Origin: Adineta vaga
Taxonomy: Eukaryota; Animalia; Rotifera
Direction: 5' to 3'
Length of the DNA: 64,000 nucleotides
Assembly: GCA_021613535.1 (NCBI GenBank)
Contig: CP075493.1
Span: 15,872,001 to 15,936,000, forward strand
The translations under genes and the position numbers were made by a program. Numbering within the stretch: position 1 is the stretch's first letter; every line of letters starts with the position of its first letter. Shown piece after piece: positions 60,566-64,000 of this stretch. Under the pieces are notes generated by a model. It was not told the DNA's origin and did no database searches. It saw only the letters and a list, made by a program, of their open reading frames with translations.

Positions 60566-63500
60566 ATGTTATTCAACTTGATAAAACGTTTCTGGCGAGC
60601 TTTTTTACAGTTAAATCTGTATAAGAATTCATCAAATAATGATCAAACTCTTTTTAAAGAATATTTTGCAACTCGTATTTATATTTGTTCATTAATTATA
60701 ATTATTATTATTATTACGATTACAACAGCTCTTGTTATTCGTCCAGTGAATAAAACTGAATATTCACCTTCATCAAAACGATTTATAGAATTGACATCAA
60801 AATATCCAAATAATATTCATTGTCCATGTACAAAAGTTGGTATTTCTTATGATACATTTGTAACAACTCATGTTCAATTTCATCAAGTTTGTTCAAGTCA
60901 ATTTATTAAACAAAAATGGATTGATATGATGTTTTATGCACAAAATATTACTTTTATATCATCAGGTGATTTTCGTACACGACTAATTTTTTTCTGGCAA
61001 CTTATTGCAGGATTTTGTATGATTAGCAATCGAATATGGACTGAAATTGTAATCAGTTTTAATGCTACACAAACACTAAGTCAAGTAGCAATTTCAGAAG
61101 ATCTTCTTCGAATTCGAGTCGATGAAGATTTAAACAAACAAGTGTCTTTGTTTCAAATGGCACTTGCTAATAATTTACGTTCTATGCGTGAAACAATACG
61201 TGGTAATCAAATGGTATCTGGTTTAGCAACAAATTTCTATTTAAGATATTCCATTTTCAAGGAAATTTATCACTGGTTAGCTCCACAAATGTCACCACAG
61301 AAATATAATAATTGTACATGTTTAAATATTGCTGGATGTTCACATTCTGCTACTTTCAATGATAGTCATAACCATTCAATAACAATACCAGGAATGATAT
61401 CAGATTGTTTAATACTTGATGGTACACTTGCTTCTACATTTGAATGTTATTATAATCAAACATGTTTGTCTATTTTACATGAATCTTTATCAATAATACT
61501 GCAACCATTATCAAATGATTCAAATAAACATTTTTTGTTAAATACAACAATAGAAATGCTTTTAAATAAAATTATGATTGATGAAATGACAAGTACAATT
61601 CGATTTGATTCATATTATTTTCAATGTCATCCATCGTATTGTGCTTATTCATATGTTCATCGTTTAGATGTTCTTTTTATTATTACAACACTTTTTGGTA
61701 TTTTAGGTGGTTTATCATTTATATTAAAATTTATTTCACCATTCATTGTCACAATAATATTACAATGTAAAACTAAAACTCCATCGAATAATAATAATAA
61801 TGCAACACCAATACTCAACCGACTTCGATTATTACCCAAATATATTAGAAATCTATTTGTTAATTTAAATCTTTTCGAAAGTCAAACATTACGTACACCT
61901 GTTAATATTTCTCGAGAACAAATTTTAACGAGAATTTTTATTCTTTTAATCAGTATTTGTTCTCTTATAATTGGATTTTATCTATTTTTTATTGTTCAAA
62001 ATCAAATTATTACAAGTTCAAATCCATCTTATGATGTCTATCAACAATTATATGATAAATATCCAGATACATTAAAATGTCCATGTGAACAAGTGTCTAT
62101 TCCATATAGAACATTTATCAATATTACATTCGAATTGCATCAAGTATGTTCGAGTGATTTAATTTCACCAGCATGGTTAGATTATGTAACATCTCTAGAT
62201 CCTATTGATCTACCTTATGTAATAGTATTTACTGATTTTCGAGCTAGTGGTGCTTGGTATTTTCAACTTTTGGCCATTTTTTGTACTTTGACTGAACGAT
62301 ATCTCAAAGATGCACAAGATATTTTTATTAATACACGTTTTATCAATACTCACATTCTTAGTTCATCAATCTTTATGCAACAAACTGCAGCAATAATTGA
62401 ATCATATATTGATGGTATGCAGAATGATTTTCAACGTTCAATTGATTACATTAAAATTGGTTTAAGTTCTAATCAAATTTTGACTGGAACAAACACTAAT
62501 TTTCGTACCGTCATTGATGAAAATGATATGATAAGTATCAGAAATGCATATTTTCATGCGATATATAGAATAGATGGTGATGGTCTGTATGCTTATGGTG
62601 ATTGTCAATGTGGATTGAGAGATTCTGAATGCTTCGGATGGAATTTTATATTTCCAAATATGAGTAACAAACCACAAAATGAATATTATTTTCCATATAT
62701 ACCAGTTGGTTGTATACCTTTAATTGGTTTTCTTGCATCAACATTTTCTTGGTGGTATGATAAAACATATTTTGATCATATTCAAACATCATATGCAGCA
62801 ATAATTAACTCAAAATCAGTACCAAAGATAGAACAACTCGATAGATTAATAATGACTCGATTTTATAATAAAACAATGGAAGAATTACTTCGTGAAATGT
62901 TTGTAGAAAAATGGATTACTAATAATACAGATTTCAAACAATTTTATAATGCATGTGCACCAATTTTTTGTTCATATACAATTATACAACGTCGTGATAT
63001 TATTGTTCTATTACTTCTTTTAATTTCTATTGGTAGTGGATTAAATAAAATCCTACGAATATTTATACCATTTATCGGTAAAGTTGTTTTCTTCTTTATT
63101 GATTATTGCAAAAATCGAGGTACACAACATGGTAAGTAAATGAAAATCTAAGTATATCTTTATGCACTTGACTCACACTTTTCTCTACATATGATCCGTT
63201 ATAGTGATTTCCAGGAAATTGTATATATTTTGAATATCAAAATGAATCTCTGAAAATCATTAAAACGCATCAAATCCTTCTCTATTGAAATTAACTTATT
63301 GTATCAACATATAAATTCGATATTTTTAGTACCATATAATCTTGTTACTCGTCTCAAACATCTCTTCAGTGTTATTTATAATCTTATTATAAATATAAAT
63401 TTATACAAAACAGAACCTACCAATGTACAACTTCAAAAAACATATACAAGAATTTATGCACTATTATTTACGAGTTCTCTCATTATATTACTCTTTTATA

Positions 63501-64000
63501 ATGCAATTATCGAACGAAGTATTACAAAAACATATACAACACCTTCAATTATAAATTATGAATATTTATTAAGTATTTATTCTGAAAATGTTAATTGTCC
63601 ATGTACATATATTGCAATTCCTTATGATAAATTTATTACAGAATTACGTGTTAATACATTTCATCAAGTATGTTCATCCAATGTGGTATATTATGTTTTT
63701 CAATCAGGTATTTATTAAAATTAAATTTTCATATGTAATTAAGGATGAAAAGTATCGTATATCCAGTTTTAATTTTAACTTATATAATTGTAAGAAATCA
63801 ATCATTGTATATTTTTAGGTGATTCGTATCCTGCACGCAGATATTTGAGTGAAAATGATTTTCGAAATAATAAACTAATGTTTGTTAAAGTTCTCCGACA
63901 ACTTTGTACATTAGCACAAAAGACCGTTGAAGATAGTATTACAACATTTCTTATTTCGTCCATGTTTGTTAAACAAATGATCTCGTATGATCAATTTCAT
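60566..64000 (+). CDS. Divergent multi-unit 2-TM Cys-rich ectodomain protein, at least 3 units (exons 60566-63131, 63330-63707, 63819->64000); runs off the window
   Basis: Two complete units (LNL..TRI TM1, CPC, HQVCSS, DFR, C.P..C.Y, TM2) in one 857-aa ORF. The third unit follows phase-1 GT-AG introns (INLY..TRIY, CPCT, FHQVCSS, DFR). Confidence 0.88.

Noticed and set aside
1-64000. tRNA or rRNA genes
   Set aside because: None recognisable by eye; tRNAscan-SE or Infernal would be needed to exclude them.

Overview
AT-rich eukaryotic DNA with short GT-AG introns. The gene families and TGTGGG-type repeats point to a bdelloid rotifer, possibly Adineta-like (inference). The window is an accessory-type region with 7TM receptors (two simple class A, one LDLa/EGF-GPCR, one disrupted NHL-GPCR), two F-box/LRR genes, two PAN/Apple secreted proteins, an S33-type hydrolase, a Cys-repeat mucin, a RING-TRAF gene, pseudogenes and many DNA-transposon pieces (mariner, hAT, CACTA/EnSpm-like, Transib-like). 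Three things stand out. (1) Three apparent 420-430 aa paralogues (25744-32169) splice in frame into one ~1259-aa protein of three tandem TM-Cys-rich ectodomain-TM units; it may be a single-chain pseudo-trimeric channel or receptor. It has a near-identical framework, two hypervariable patches and an orphan half-copy nearby, and a divergent relative at 60566+ also has at least three units. (2) A 963-bp Transib-like element with RSS-like heptamers and 12/22-nt asymmetric ends lies in that gene's first intron. (3) About a dozen short inverted pairs of telomere-like repeats (CTTGAG(GGTGTG)n...(CACACC)nCTCAAG) lie just past gene 3' ends and where gene or transposon fragments break off. All alignments and splice models were done by eye; no database searches were run.
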